A stretch of DNA of 64,000 nt from contig CAWEJX010000020.1 in NCBI GenBank assembly GCA_963809485.1, positions 512,001 to 576,000 of the forward strand, written 5' to 3'. The first letter of the stretch is position 1, and each line of letters opens with the position of its first letter. This document shows positions 10,106 through 20,842 of the stretch, one piece after another. The notes beneath the pieces were generated by a model that saw only the letters and a list, made by a program, of their open reading frames with translations, was not told the DNA's origin and searched no databases. The DNA comes from an uncultured Acidobacteriota bacterium (GTDB taxonomy: Bacteria; Acidobacteriota; UBA6911). Both the position numbers and the translations under genes were made by a program.

Positions 10106-11668
10106 ATGCCCATTTACGTCATCGGGTCCGGCTTAGCCGCAACTGCTGCTGCTGTCGCGCTTGTACGCCAAGGCTGCCGCCCCATTGTTTTGGATGTCGG
10201 ACTCAAGCCGGATCCTGCAACGCAAATGCTGAAAAAGAGGCTCTCCTCAGTTGAGCCTGAGGACTGGAATCAGGAGGACATCACATGGCTCAGGCGAACC
10301 GGCCCAGTGGCAGCCAACGGTATTCCCCGGAAGCTAAATTTCGGCTCGGATCATACTTTCAGCGAACTGAACCTCGCTGTACCTGTTGAGTTATGTGGCG
10401 CCTCGATGTACCGATCCTTTGCCATGGGAGGATTCAGTAACGTCTGGGGAACCGTCATCCAGCCTTTATCCGCGAGAGAATTGGGGGATTGGCCAATCAC
10501 TGCTAGAGACCTTGTTCCCCATTACGCTGCCGCGTATTCTCTCATGTGCGATCGGCAAGAAGGAACCTCGACGGAAATCTTTCCCCCTGAGCCGATCCTG
10601 CGCCTGAGTCTCCAATCATGTGCGCTGCATTCAGATCTTATGGCAAATAGCAAGGCGCTGGAATCCCAGGGAATCCGATTCGGTTATCCGCGGCTGGGCA
10701 TACGTCAGGCTGATAAGGACGGGAAACAGGCCTGCCGCTACTGTGGGCTATGCTTGTACGGCTGTCCATATGACTGTACATACAATGCGGTGCCTACGTT
10801 GACGCGTCTTTCGGACGAAGGTTTGATTCATTATGTACCCGGGATACATGTGGACAAATTAATCCCAACGGGAGGGAACGTGCGGATCGACGCTCGGTCC
10901 GTTGCCGACGGCACTTTGCAGACCTTTCGTGCAAGCCGCGTTCTCTTGTCGGCGGGTGTGCTGGAGACTGCTCGAATCGTTCTAGTTTCAACGGGGCTCC
11001 GCAACACCCCTGTGCGCATTAAGCAAAGTGATATATTCACGCTGCCTCTTTTGCGATACAAGACGGCTGGCGACGTGTTCTCCGAAAAGATGCACACGTT
11101 GTGTCAGATGGTTGCAAGAGTCGAAGACAACACAATCTGCAAACGACCCGTGCATCTCCAATTCTATGGCTACAATGATTTATATTTAAAACTCTTAATG
11201 CAAAGGGTTTTCGGTGCCGGCCGCTATATCGCGCCCCTGTTGCGAACTGTAGTGGCGAGACTCTTCATAATATTCGGGTATCTGGATTCCGACGACTCGT
11301 CGGAGATTGAGATCAAACTCTCAAGTGATGGAAGGAAGCTCTTGGTGACGGGGCACAGAAACCCTGCTGCTGATGAAATCGTGCGGAAGGTGGCTCTGAA
11401 ACTTCTTCGTTGCTGCAGATTGATTGGTGGAGTCCCTCTCTATTTTTTGAGGCGGCTGGATCTGCCAGGAGGGAGCTATCATACCGGAAGCACATTCCCC
11501 ATGCGCCAGATTCCCAAATTCCTTGAAACCGACCGGCTAGGTCGTTTGTCTTCCTTGCCTGGAGTCCATATAGTCGATGCGAGTGTCCTCCCAGACGTGC
11601 CGACGTCAGCCCCGGCATTTACGGTCATGGCGAATGCCCACCGCATTGCCTCGGAGTGTCTGAAATAG
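10106..11668 (+). CDS. GMC-family FAD oxidoreductase with ferredoxin-type Cys motif
   Basis: VIGSGLAA, GGFSNVWG, CRYCGLCLYGCP, YHTGSTFPM, VDASVLP, TVMANAHRIA. Confidence 0.85.
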   Translation: MPIYVIGSGLAATAAAVALVRQGCRPIVLDVGLKPDPATQMLKKRLSSVEPEDWNQEDITWLRRTGPVAANGIPRKLNFGSDHTFSELNLAVPVELCGASMYRSFAMGGFSNVWGTVIQPLSARELGDWPITARDLVPHYAAAYSLMCDRQEGTSTEIFPPEPILRLSLQSCALHSDLMANSKALESQGIRFGYPRLGIRQADKDGKQACRYCGLCLYGCPYDCTYNAVPTLTRLSDEGLIHYVPGIHVDKLIPTGGNVRIDARSVADGTLQTFRASRVLLSAGVLETARIVLVSTGLRNTPVRIKQSDIFTLPLLRYKTAGDVFSEKMHTLCQMVARVEDNTICKRPVHLQFYGYNDLYLKLLMQRVFGAGRYIAPLLRTVVARLFIIFGYLDSDDSSEIEIKLSSDGRKLLVTGHRNPAADEIVRKVALKLLRCCRLIGGVPLYFLRRLDLPGGSYHTGSTFPMRQIPKFLETDRLGRLSSLPGVHIVDASVLPDVPTSAPAFTVMANAHRIASECLK

Positions 11669-11669
11669 C

Positions 11670-12938
11670 ATGGCCGATATTTGGTCTCCACATCCCCGGT
11701 TTCGCCTATATACCCACTTGTCCAACTACGCCCTCACACTAAGATATTTGCTATGCGGATTTCACAACTTAAATGAACCTGCTGCAAAACTAGAATCAGA
11801 AATTTGTCGACGCTTCGATGTGCCTGCTGCAACCTCCGTCCCGACAGCGAGAACTGGGCTGTTCTTAGCTTTGCGTGAATTAGTTCGGCCCGGTCAAACG
11901 GTTGTGATGTCGCCACTGACCATCCAAGACGTTGTGAACATGGTCATTCTCGCCGGTGGCATACCGCTGTTTGCCGACATCCGCAGACAGTCATGTGCGA
12001 TTGATCCCGACCAGGTGGAGGCACTGATTGATTCCCGGACAGGGGCGGTTTTGATCTCTCATCTGCATGGGGAGACTGCTGGAGCGCATATGTTCCAGGA
12101 GATATGTTCTCGTCGGGGAATTCCATTGATCGAGGACGCCGCCCAAGCCTTCGGGGCGGCTGAGGGGACAAGACGCCTGGGTACTATCGGCGACGTCGGG
12201 ATCTTCAGTTTTGGCTTCTACAAGAATGTAAGTGCTTGGCGGGGAGGCATGCTGGTATCACGCGACCCGACGTTGATCTCCAAAATTCGTCGACGGGTAG
12301 GCGAGCTTCCACTCTTGCCAAGGTGGCGCCTTTTCGCCCTTGCTTTGGGCGGATTAATGAGCGACCTGCTCACATCGCCTCCGCTGTTTGCCAGCCTCGT
12401 GCATCCAGTGATTCGTTATAGCTTTATACACGAGATTCATGCGGTTAATCGTCACCTGGACCCGGAGGGCAGGGCCCTGCGGTTGAAGACGATTCCGGCA
12501 GGCTACCTCTATGGTATGACTGCCTTGCAGTCAAATTTGGTCATTCGCCAGTTAAATCGTGTGGATGTCGATAGTAGAGCCCGCATCGCTCAAGCCGGGT
12601 TATATCACCGAGCTTTAGCGAATCTGAATGGTCTGATTACGCCTAAGAGGGGTCAAGGACTGTCCCACATTTACACTTACTACCCCATCCAATATAGCCA
12701 GCGGGAAACGCTCCTACGATTTGCGATGGAACGCAAGCGAGACTTTGCCCCTCAGTATTTGCGTAATTGCGCATCCCTTGAGGCCTTTCATGAGTTTAAT
12801 AGGGACTGCCCCAACGCCGAAACTGTTGCCCGCGAACTTATTCTACTGCCCACGTATCCCCGATACCCAGCCACAGAAATCCAAAAGAACGTTGAGGTGA
12901 TACAGGAATTTTTGAGCCGGGAAGGTGTTCCGCGATGA
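11670..12938 (+). CDS. DegT/DnrJ/EryC1/StrS PLP-dependent sugar aminotransferase
   Basis: LIEDAAQAFG, FSFGFYKNV (PLP Lys), GGML, LLPTYP. Confidence 0.85.
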   Translation: MADIWSPHPRFRLYTHLSNYALTLRYLLCGFHNLNEPAAKLESEICRRFDVPAATSVPTARTGLFLALRELVRPGQTVVMSPLTIQDVVNMVILAGGIPLFADIRRQSCAIDPDQVEALIDSRTGAVLISHLHGETAGAHMFQEICSRRGIPLIEDAAQAFGAAEGTRRLGTIGDVGIFSFGFYKNVSAWRGGMLVSRDPTLISKIRRRVGELPLLPRWRLFALALGGLMSDLLTSPPLFASLVHPVIRYSFIHEIHAVNRHLDPEGRALRLKTIPAGYLYGMTALQSNLVIRQLNRVDVDSRARIAQAGLYHRALANLNGLITPKRGQGLSHIYTYYPIQYSQRETLLRFAMERKRDFAPQYLRNCASLEAFHEFNRDCPNAETVARELILLPTYPRYPATEIQKNVEVIQEFLSREGVPR

Positions 12939-14770
12939 AAACCTGGACCACCAATACCGCTTTGGCGATCCTGGTTCTGTGCAGCATCGTCCCCTTTGCC
13001 TCGCGTGCCGTTTACATGGACGAGCACCAGTACCTCGATGTAGCAAGATTCGCCGCTGAAAAGGATTGGCGGTTTCCACAAGAAATGTCGTGGGTCTTCT
13101 TCGGAATTGATTACGCCAATATGGCCACGCAGACACATCCTCCAGTAGCTGAATACTATCTAGCCTGCCTCTTCAGGCTGTTCGGGCATTTTGACGAAGC
13201 CATTTTTCGTTTGTTCTTCTCCGTTTTTCCTGTGATGGCAATTCTTGCCTTTCATCGCGTGGCTAAACGCTTTACAGATAAACCGTTGCTTGTGACCTCA
13301 CTTTTTGCGGTGAGCCCGGCTTTTTTCGTGATGAATCCGAGCTTAATGATGGATGTGCCGATGCTGGCTTTCATGCTCATGGGCCTGTCCTTTTACTTGA
13401 ATTACATCCATGGGGATTCAGCGCAGCTCTGGCCTGCCTCGCTGTGTTTCATCCTGGCGGCAGGAGCCGGTTATGTCGTGCTGATTCCAGTTGGATGCCT
13501 CTTTGTCTGGGCTGTTAGCAGCGGCCGTGCGAAGCGAGAATGGTTTGCCCTAGCTGCTGCGCCAGCCGCTGTGTTCATGTGGCTGCTGATATTAAGGATT
13601 CACTTCGGTGTAAATGTTCCGGCTAAGTGGTCAAACTATTGGGGGCTGCATTTTTCTTTCAGTCAAAATCTCCTTCCAATGCTCAGCTTCATCGGCGGCA
13701 TCGGTATGTTTCCCTGGACATTTGTGGCAGTTGCCGATGTGCCTAGATGGAGAATGGTTGCCATACTGAGCATTTCAACGGCAATTGTCACGAGTTTTTT
13801 TTGCGTATGGTCTTCCTTCAGCTATCGATTATGGTTTGTAATCCTCGCATCTTCTGGGATTGCATGGATGATGCTGTTTGGTATAAAAGCCAAACAGCTG
13901 GTAAAGAGAAGAGAATCATTCCAGGCTGGTGGCTTTCTGATCGTCTGGTTGCCGGCTACGCTCGTCTTCCTGGTATTTGTTGCGGATATGGTCAACGCGC
14001 GATATCTTCTTCTCGGGTTGCCGCCGCTGTTTCTGGTCACCTTTCAGCATAGTCGACAGAAAGCTGCCTTGATGGCATTCTTGGCCACAACTATTTTATC
14101 TTTTTCCTTAGCCGTTGCAGATTACCGTTTTGTCAATTCCTATCGAAATTGGGTATCTCAAACTATCGTTCCTTTGCAGCGTCAGGGCTTTCGCTTTTGG
14201 AGCGCGGCAGAATCAGGTCTTCGGTTTTATCTGGAGCAGAAAGGAATCCCAACTCTCAGCGCGTTGGATTTGCGACCACGTGGAGGAGATCTGATTGTGA
14301 AACAAACATCTTTCGCCTATTCTCTTTCGAGCGACCTGGAGCCTCTTCTAATACCCATCAGGCGGATAGATCTTTTGGATTCGTTTCCGGTCCGCACTTT
14401 TTCCAGGGAAGCCGGCGCGGGATTCCATGATAGCCATTTCGGAATTGTCCCTTACATCTTCTCCAGGCTGCCCTTGGATCACCTGGAGATTGAAGAGGTC
14501 AGTCCCTTTGTAAAAGACCTGCCACAGATCGTTCCAGCCGACTTTTCGTCGGTACCGGTATGGTATCCGGGCGGTGTTATGCTAAAGCAGGTGCAACCAG
14601 AAATGAGATTCTCCATTCGGCTTCCATCAGACAGCAAAATCGAGTACGAGCTTGAAGGCAAGGGTAGCTCCAAAATGTCCGACGAAGGCATAACCCTAGA
14701 AAATCTCGGTTCCAGTCCTGCGATTTGGAGGAACTATCGAATTGTTCCCAACTCCTGGCCGGCAGACTAA
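12935..14770 (+). CDS. ArnT/PMT-like (GT-C) polytopic membrane glycosyltransferase
   Basis: DE pair after first TM (YMDEHQY), THPP motif, many TM helices, ARYLL, soluble C-terminal domain. Confidence 0.7.
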   Translation: MKTWTTNTALAILVLCSIVPFASRAVYMDEHQYLDVARFAAEKDWRFPQEMSWVFFGIDYANMATQTHPPVAEYYLACLFRLFGHFDEAIFRLFFSVFPVMAILAFHRVAKRFTDKPLLVTSLFAVSPAFFVMNPSLMMDVPMLAFMLMGLSFYLNYIHGDSAQLWPASLCFILAAGAGYVVLIPVGCLFVWAVSSGRAKREWFALAAAPAAVFMWLLILRIHFGVNVPAKWSNYWGLHFSFSQNLLPMLSFIGGIGMFPWTFVAVADVPRWRMVAILSISTAIVTSFFCVWSSFSYRLWFVILASSGIAWMMLFGIKAKQLVKRRESFQAGGFLIVWLPATLVFLVFVADMVNARYLLLGLPPLFLVTFQHSRQKAALMAFLATTILSFSLAVADYRFVNSYRNWVSQTIVPLQRQGFRFWSAAESGLRFYLEQKGIPTLSALDLRPRGGDLIVKQTSFAYSLSSDLEPLLIPIRRIDLLDSFPVRTFSREAGAGFHDSHFGIVPYIFSRLPLDHLEIEEVSPFVKDLPQIVPADFSSVPVWYPGGVMLKQVQPEMRFSIRLPSDSKIEYELEGKGSSKMSDEGITLENLGSSPAIWRNYRIVPNSWPAD

Positions 14771-14782
14771 ATGAGCTCTGAT

Positions 14783-15841
14783 TCAAGCGATAGCTTTGTC
14801 ATTCCTGCCAGTCCTTTCATACAAAGGAAGCCCGCGCCAGAAAGCCAAGCGCTCGGCAAGGGGGATCAGTTTGCCCACTATGAACGGGTCCAGTAAAAAG
14901 CCTGAAATAATCAAAGGGAGGCGAGGCTGTGGATACCAGCAATCCAGACACTCTGGGTGGTCGGATAAGTTACCTGTAATGTGGGCGAGCCGCAGAGACC
15001 TCATCTGTTCGCAATTCCATATCTCTCCTAATGAATTTTGGGTTACGTTACCGACAGGACCTGTTTTGTACAGAACTCCGGCAGATGCGTACACGTCTCC
15101 ATTTGTTTCTATCAAGGGCGGTCCCTCCCAAAGACGAGGACATGGGTTTTTGGATATCGGCCGTAAGCCTGGCTCCTTGTGCCAGGTTATTTCATTTCGC
15201 AGCACATCGTTTTTCACTCTGACGAGGTTGATATCCGGCACTTGGCGCCATAGCCTGTAGAAAGCTTCCAGCTGCGACATTGTTTCCGGCAAACGTATTA
15301 TCTGCATTATCACTAGTATCTTTGCTCTGCGCCTGCTTTTAACCTTCAGAAAGTTGTGAATGTTTGCAGTAACCTTTTCATAGCAAGGAGAACCGTGGAT
15401 TTTCTCGTAGACATCCGGTGTCACACCATTGACAGAAAAAATAATCAAATCCAGGCCCGAGCCAAGAATTGCGTCTGTCGTGCACTCATCCAGCAGTGCA
15501 GCGTTGGTTGAGAGCATCACGCGGACACCTTTGGATTTTGCATATCGAATCATCCGAAAAGCCTCGGGATTCATTAGGATTTCACCGGGCCCGTCGAGAG
15601 AGATGTATCGCAAGCAGGGATCCCCTTCATCAACGATTTTCCTGAAAAGGCTCTCTTCCATGTCAGGCCCATCGAATTTCCTTACAGCCCGGATGCACAT
15701 TCTGCAGCCCATGTTGCAGCGATGGGTTGTGGAGATGATTACGGTAGGAGGCGGCCCGGGACAGACAAGGGATCGATTGAGGTAGCAGGATAGTAATTGC
15801 AGTCGCCGCAATATTGGAGAATGGATTGGAGTCTGAGACAT
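14783..15841 (-). CDS. Radical SAM protein with degenerate SPASM/twitch domain
   Basis: CNMGCRMC; C-terminal CPRLW...GDVYAS...CLDC; RBS AGGAG before ATG 15841. Confidence 0.85.
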   Translation of the reverse strand: MSQTPIHSPILRRLQLLSCYLNRSLVCPGPPPTVIISTTHRCNMGCRMCIRAVRKFDGPDMEESLFRKIVDEGDPCLRYISLDGPGEILMNPEAFRMIRYAKSKGVRVMLSTNAALLDECTTDAILGSGLDLIIFSVNGVTPDVYEKIHGSPCYEKVTANIHNFLKVKSRRRAKILVIMQIIRLPETMSQLEAFYRLWRQVPDINLVRVKNDVLRNEITWHKEPGLRPISKNPCPRLWEGPPLIETNGDVYASAGVLYKTGPVGNVTQNSLGEIWNCEQMRSLRLAHITGNLSDHPECLDCWYPQPRLPLIISGFLLDPFIVGKLIPLAERLAFWRGLPLYERTGRNDKAIA

Positions 15842-15851
15842 ACATGTACTC

Positions 15852-16967
15852 CTATAGAATAGTCTCAACTTGTGCAGCGATGTGATTGCCGCCCATAATC
15901 CTGTTCCTGGGGACCAGATCGCAGCACCCACGGCAGTCTGGAAACAGACCGTTCTGCAATATCCGTTTTCGGAAAAGACGATAGCGCGGGTTGTTCCACA
16001 GCTTTCGGAGCGATTGTTCCCGCACGCTGCCGATATAGTAATTCAGACACGGATAGACACAGCCCGAAGGCGAAATATACATTACCATCCATGGCGATAT
16101 ACAATCGTGCTTTCTAATATCGAGCAAGTTGGAATAATGAGTGAGGATCACTTTCGGAGGCAGGTTCGGGAGAAACCTTACCTGGACTCTGGATTTCCGC
16201 GAAAACTCCGTTATGCGATGCAACTCGCGTTCCAGGTCTTCCACGGGAAACTCATAAAAAGGCGCGAGTGCCCCAGACAACTCAAGATCCTTGCGAACAG
16301 AGAACGCACCTATTCGGCTGGTGTTGTTCAGGATTTGAAAGGTGCAGTAGTCTGCTCCTGAGTCCTCGGCCACGCGTATGCTCTCCGAGAGTGCGCCGGC
16401 ATTTTCTGCCGTGATGGTTGTTTTCAGATTTAGCAAAGGAAATCTGGAGCCTTTGCGCGCCCTGGATTCCGCGAGCGCCTGAATGCCTGCTACGGACCTG
16501 CGGAAGGTCCCAAGCCCGCGCATCTGATCATGGACCTCCTTTGATCCTTCCGCCGAAATCGCAACAGAACTGAGGCCAAGGGAGACCCATTGAGCTGCTA
16601 TGGCAGGCGTAATGAGGGTGCCGTTGGTAAAGATGTGGCAGGGGTGCTTTCGACTCACTGCCCTGAGGATTTCCGGGAGGTCTTCACGCAGGAGGATTTC
16701 GCCTCCGGATAAAAGAAAGCATGCGCGAGGCGGCACCTGGTCGACGATGTCCTGGATTTCTGCATAACTGAGATCAGTACCGCAGTTCCTGTTCCCATTG
16801 GCATTCGGGAATCGCAGGTAACAAAAGGAGCACCTCAGGTTGCATCGATAGGTAAGTTCGAGAACTATGAAGATCGGCGGCAGTGCATTATCCCTGAGCA
16901 ATGGAACATACCTCGGGATTGTTCCATAGAGCCGGGCCAATCCTAAAACAATCGAATACGGGTCCAC
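15852..16967 (-). CDS. Radical SAM/SPASM protein
   Basis: CNLRCSFC, SGGE, CISPW...GCVYPC...CRGCC. Confidence 0.9.
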   Translation of the reverse strand: MDPYSIVLGLARLYGTIPRYVPLLRDNALPPIFIVLELTYRCNLRCSFCYLRFPNANGNRNCGTDLSYAEIQDIVDQVPPRACFLLSGGEILLREDLPEILRAVSRKHPCHIFTNGTLITPAIAAQWVSLGLSSVAISAEGSKEVHDQMRGLGTFRRSVAGIQALAESRARKGSRFPLLNLKTTITAENAGALSESIRVAEDSGADYCTFQILNNTSRIGAFSVRKDLELSGALAPFYEFPVEDLERELHRITEFSRKSRVQVRFLPNLPPKVILTHYSNLLDIRKHDCISPWMVMYISPSGCVYPCLNYYIGSVREQSLRKLWNNPRYRLFRKRILQNGLFPDCRGCCDLVPRNRIMGGNHIAAQVETIL

Positions 16968-17040
16968 TTTAATCTGTTGCCCCCAAGCCTTCTAATTTAC
17001 AGTTGAGGAATTTTCTGGCTTGGACCGTGTACATTATAGG

Positions 17041-17856
17041 TTAAAACTCCTGAGACGGTTTTTTCCACGCAACAACGATCAGACAATTCCCCCATCGACC
17101 TATTATGAAATTCCAACAGCGGAACAGAAACTTCAACATTTGACGTCCCGGCTTGCTGATCAGAATCCTGTGGACGAAATGGTAGTTAATGACTGGGCAC
17201 ACATATCTAGTGAAGAAAGGAAAATACTTCAATACATCACTGCCGAATGGCATCCACGCCGTGTGGCAACGCCATCGGGCGATGGTTTGAACGCTGGCGA
17301 AAACCTTATAAATCTCCCGGCGGCTGAATCTGTAAACGTAACCGCCTGAGGGGTCCCAGTTTTGGGCCAGACCGACTTTTGCCAGCAGACGAACGAGAAT
17401 CGAATCCTGACACTCCAAGATAGCGAAACCTTCTTTCGATACGCGCTCCATTTCGTACAAGCCCTTGATGGGACGGGCGAGGTGATGCAATCCTTCGCGT
17501 ACAACCGCCCAGTCGAAGGAGCAGTCCGGAAAGGCCAGCCATTCGGCATCCATACAGAGGCACTTGATGGCTGGGTTACGTATTCGCGCAGCCGTAACTC
17601 CAGAGATAGATAAATCGATGAGCGTGACATCGGCACCGAGTTGCTGCAAGAAATCGGCTTCCTCGCCGTCTCCACCGCAAACCGAGAGAATTTTTTTGCC
17701 TGCAAGCGGAATTCCTATCATTTCGTCCATTACGCGGAGCCGATAGCCATTGATCCAAGCTACAAGGGGATCACTGTTGTCGGCATGGCGGGGCTTGCAG
17801 GCGCGGTAATGCTCCCTCTCATAATACTTGATTTGGCGTTTTTTCTGATTTTCCAT
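17041..17856 (-). CDS. Class I SAM-dependent methyltransferase
   Basis: ILSVCGGDG, IDLS, DAEWLAFPDCSFD, GLHHL. Confidence 0.85.
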   Translation of the reverse strand: MENQKKRQIKYYEREHYRACKPRHADNSDPLVAWINGYRLRVMDEMIGIPLAGKKILSVCGGDGEEADFLQQLGADVTLIDLSISGVTAARIRNPAIKCLCMDAEWLAFPDCSFDWAVVREGLHHLARPIKGLYEMERVSKEGFAILECQDSILVRLLAKVGLAQNWDPSGGYVYRFSRREIYKVFASVQTIARWRCHTAWMPFGSDVLKYFPFFTRYVCPVINYHFVHRILISKPGRQMLKFLFRCWNFIIGRWGNCLIVVAWKKPSQEF

Positions 17857-18566
17857 ACCATTTATTTACAGGTGGCATTAAATCACCTTCAGCTGACTGG
17901 CTCAACACTGCAATGACCTGGCGCAAGAAATTATGCCAGGCACAAATTGTGTTTTACTATGAGCTATGTGATTTGGCGTTTTACTGTCTGTCAGTTCAAT
18001 GTTTCTGTGGCAGGTAGAGAAACGCATGCAGTTCTATGCTGAATGAAGGGAATCTATAAGCATTTCTATCCTTTAGGGCAAGAGTAACCCTAGGGAAATG
18101 AGCAAGGAAATACAAAGAAGCACAGTGGAAGTCAGAACTCAAACGGATTGGATGGGGCTTCACACAGATGAGGGCAGATCGTTTCCCATCCAACCCGGCA
18201 ATCACATACATGATTTATTCACATTGGTATCAGGAAGACGTTCGGAAGGCGGCGGCATTGACTACGCTTCTGACAAAACCAAGCCTCTATACAACCCAAA
18301 ATAAAGTAGCAAGGGGGCTATTTGCAGTTATTTCTGAAGATGATGAAAATCTGCATCACAATAGTTGGGAATTCATCCTAACGCTCAGTGGTCGATCTTC
18401 CCATGAATCTATCGACTTGATTAGGAATGCCTATCAGAGCTAGCATGTATTTATCGGCCATTGCATTAAAATAATCCTAAAGAAGACGAGACCACTGCAC
18501 AAAAAGCGTTGTCGGCCAGTTTCACGTTTAGGCACAACAGGAATAATGTAGACAAGGGAGGGTGCA

Positions 18567-19880
18567 ATGACAAAAACATTTGCCTTTATTGCCGCGGTTT
18601 TGTTGGCCATATGCACCTTGGCAGCATCGGGGCTGATTTTGAAAGGCGCCACCACACTTGTTCAGGCAGCGATACTTATCGGGCAAGCTGCTCCCGATTC
18701 AAATGGAGCGGTGTTTACGGGACTGGGCCGTCCGTCAATCAACAATCTTGGGAGTGTGGCTTTTCGAGGACAGCTGACGAGCGCAACAGTTTCTTATGGA
18801 AACACTCCCGGAAAGATTTCTCCCAGTGGGGTATTTCTGATTTCCAAGGGATTGCTCAAAAGGATTGCTAGCTATGGAGACATTGTTCTGCAACCAGCAT
18901 CGATGCTTACGAATTTTGGTGATCCAGTAATCAATGACTCAGACCAGATAGCCTTCATTGCGACGATGGGGATTGGCTACAAAAATCAAGGAATATTTCT
19001 AAAAACCGAAAACGGACTCGATAGAGTCGCACTTACTGGAAGCACGGCGCCATGAACAGGAGACTCGTTTGACACCTTCGGCCGGAATGGATTGGCTATG
19101 AACAATGCAGGCACGATCGCCTTCGAAGCGACTTTCGGCGGGTTGAGGAATGGAGATGGCATATTCCTGTATTCAGATGGGAATCTTAAGTCGATTGTTT
19201 TGCAGGGACAACCGGCCCCTGGCAAACAGAGCGAAATGTTTGATCGTTTCCTTGGCTTGGCGATAAATCAAGGGGGGCAAATAGCATTTGTCGCCTAATT
19301 GACCAACGAACAAGGGCCAACGAAGACTGGGATTTTCGTTGCCAACGATAATGGAGTGGTTACTGTTGCACTCCAGGGCCAGTCAGTTGGTGAGGGCAAA
19401 TTGCACATCCTAAGCGCTCCCTCGATTAATGACCTCGGAGACATCGTGTTTGTGGATTCAATCGTGCATCAGTCATGGAGCGAGATGCTATTCCCAAATG
19501 GTGTATATTTTGCTCATGCATCAGGGGGAATCTCTGCTTTAGCAAACACAGGGCGGCCAGCAAATCCCAACCATCCAACTTTGAGCGGCAATTTCCAGTC
19601 CCCAATGATTATTGCCAATGTCGATGGAACAAATACTATCTTGTTCTTCGGGTGGAGCCAAACCACGGGAAGGCAAACGCTCTGGCAGGATCTAAGCGAT
19701 ACACTCACACCAATCCTTCAGGAAGGTGATCCAGCACCCGTGGGCGGAGTCTATTCGTTCATAGGTAACTTGGCTGTTTCATCCTCCTGACAGTTTGCAT
19801 TTGTATCCAACCTACAAGATTCACCGGCTAAAGCGGGCATTTTTGTTAGCAAAACTAATGCTCAAGGGAGGAGCCAATGA
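18567..19880 (+). pseudogene. Secreted NxxGxxAF-repeat protein with three in-frame stops
   Basis: Repeats INNLGSVAF, INDSDQIAF, MNNAGTIAF, INQGGQIAF, INDLGDIVF in one frame; stops at 19053 (TGA), 19296 (TAA), 19788 (TGA). Confidence 0.8.
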
Positions 19881-20842
19881 AGTTACATTTAGAGGCCATA
19901 TTTTTGATCTCTTGCATCGCCGCTTCTTCAGGTGGACGTGACGCCCCGGCGCAGACGCAACCTGATAATAGCTATAGTTTTTCAGGCCTCAATTCGGGCG
20001 TCAAGTTGTTGCCCAGTGCGTTCATGGTTCATGACTTCGCTTGGTCCGCTGTTAACGTAAACGCGAGCAGTATAACTGTGCGAAACACATTGGCGAAATC
20101 CGGCTACCAATTCACACATCCCGATGATAAAGGGGGCTTGTTCTGCGGACCCAATAACAGCTATACATATCCAGATACGCCACTAAGTCCGTATGGAACC
20201 TACGCGTGGAATGTATTGAATGTCAGTGTGAAGGGATCCCCGCCACGACTCCTAAATGCAACACTAACCGTCGAGTCCCTTGGTGGTCAAGACTTTTACA
20301 TTTTTCCCCCAAGTACTTTCTCGGCGCAAGGTGGCTCAAGTTCCTCTGCGTGCGATGCGTATTACAACGCATGGCAAGGGGCAGCATGGTCAATACCTTG
20401 GTTCTGGGACGGCACGGCATCGGTCCTTGTCAGTCCATACGCTAACGGATGGCATAATCATGGCTGGTGGGATAAAGGCTGGAATACGAGCCTCAGTATC
20501 TATAACGGCGGCAATCAGTCTGTCCAATATGATATCAATTACATCAGTTCGCTGAATTATGGCATCCCCGTAATGAGGAATCCCAGTTCATGCTCTTCAA
20601 CGACAAATCTCAATCAGTCAAGGACAGAAACAATAGGTGCCTCTGGCAGTTGGTCAGGTAATCTCACCAATGACATTTTCAATCCCACGTCGGGGTGGAC
20701 AGTGCAAGAGGATGGATTTATCTACATCGCCTTGAACCCGGTGATCCCTGGAACGACCCCATCGTCAAACGTGAGCCCACATTCGTCGGGCACGGCAGGC
20801 TGTTACCCTGATTGTCCTCTGATTGAAACGTGCCATTGGTGA
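19877..20842 (+). CDS. Secreted Ser/Gly/Trp-rich hypothetical protein
   Basis: Signal-peptide-like N-terminus, RBS GGAGG, ATGA overlap with the previous gene. Confidence 0.7.
   Translation: MKLHLEAIFLISCIAASSGGRDAPAQTQPDNSYSFSGLNSGVKLLPSAFMVHDFAWSAVNVNASSITVRNTLAKSGYQFTHPDDKGGLFCGPNNSYTYPDTPLSPYGTYAWNVLNVSVKGSPPRLLNATLTVESLGGQDFYIFPPSTFSAQGGSSSSACDAYYNAWQGAAWSIPWFWDGTASVLVSPYANGWHNHGWWDKGWNTSLSIYNGGNQSVQYDINYISSLNYGIPVMRNPSSCSSTTNLNQSRTETIGASGSWSGNLTNDIFNPTSGWTVQEDGFIYIALNPVIPGTTPSSNVSPHSSGTAGCYPDCPLIETCHW

Noticed and set aside
17996-18443. Short ORFs in an AT-rich island spacer
   Set aside because: No recognisable motif or RBS; possibly debris
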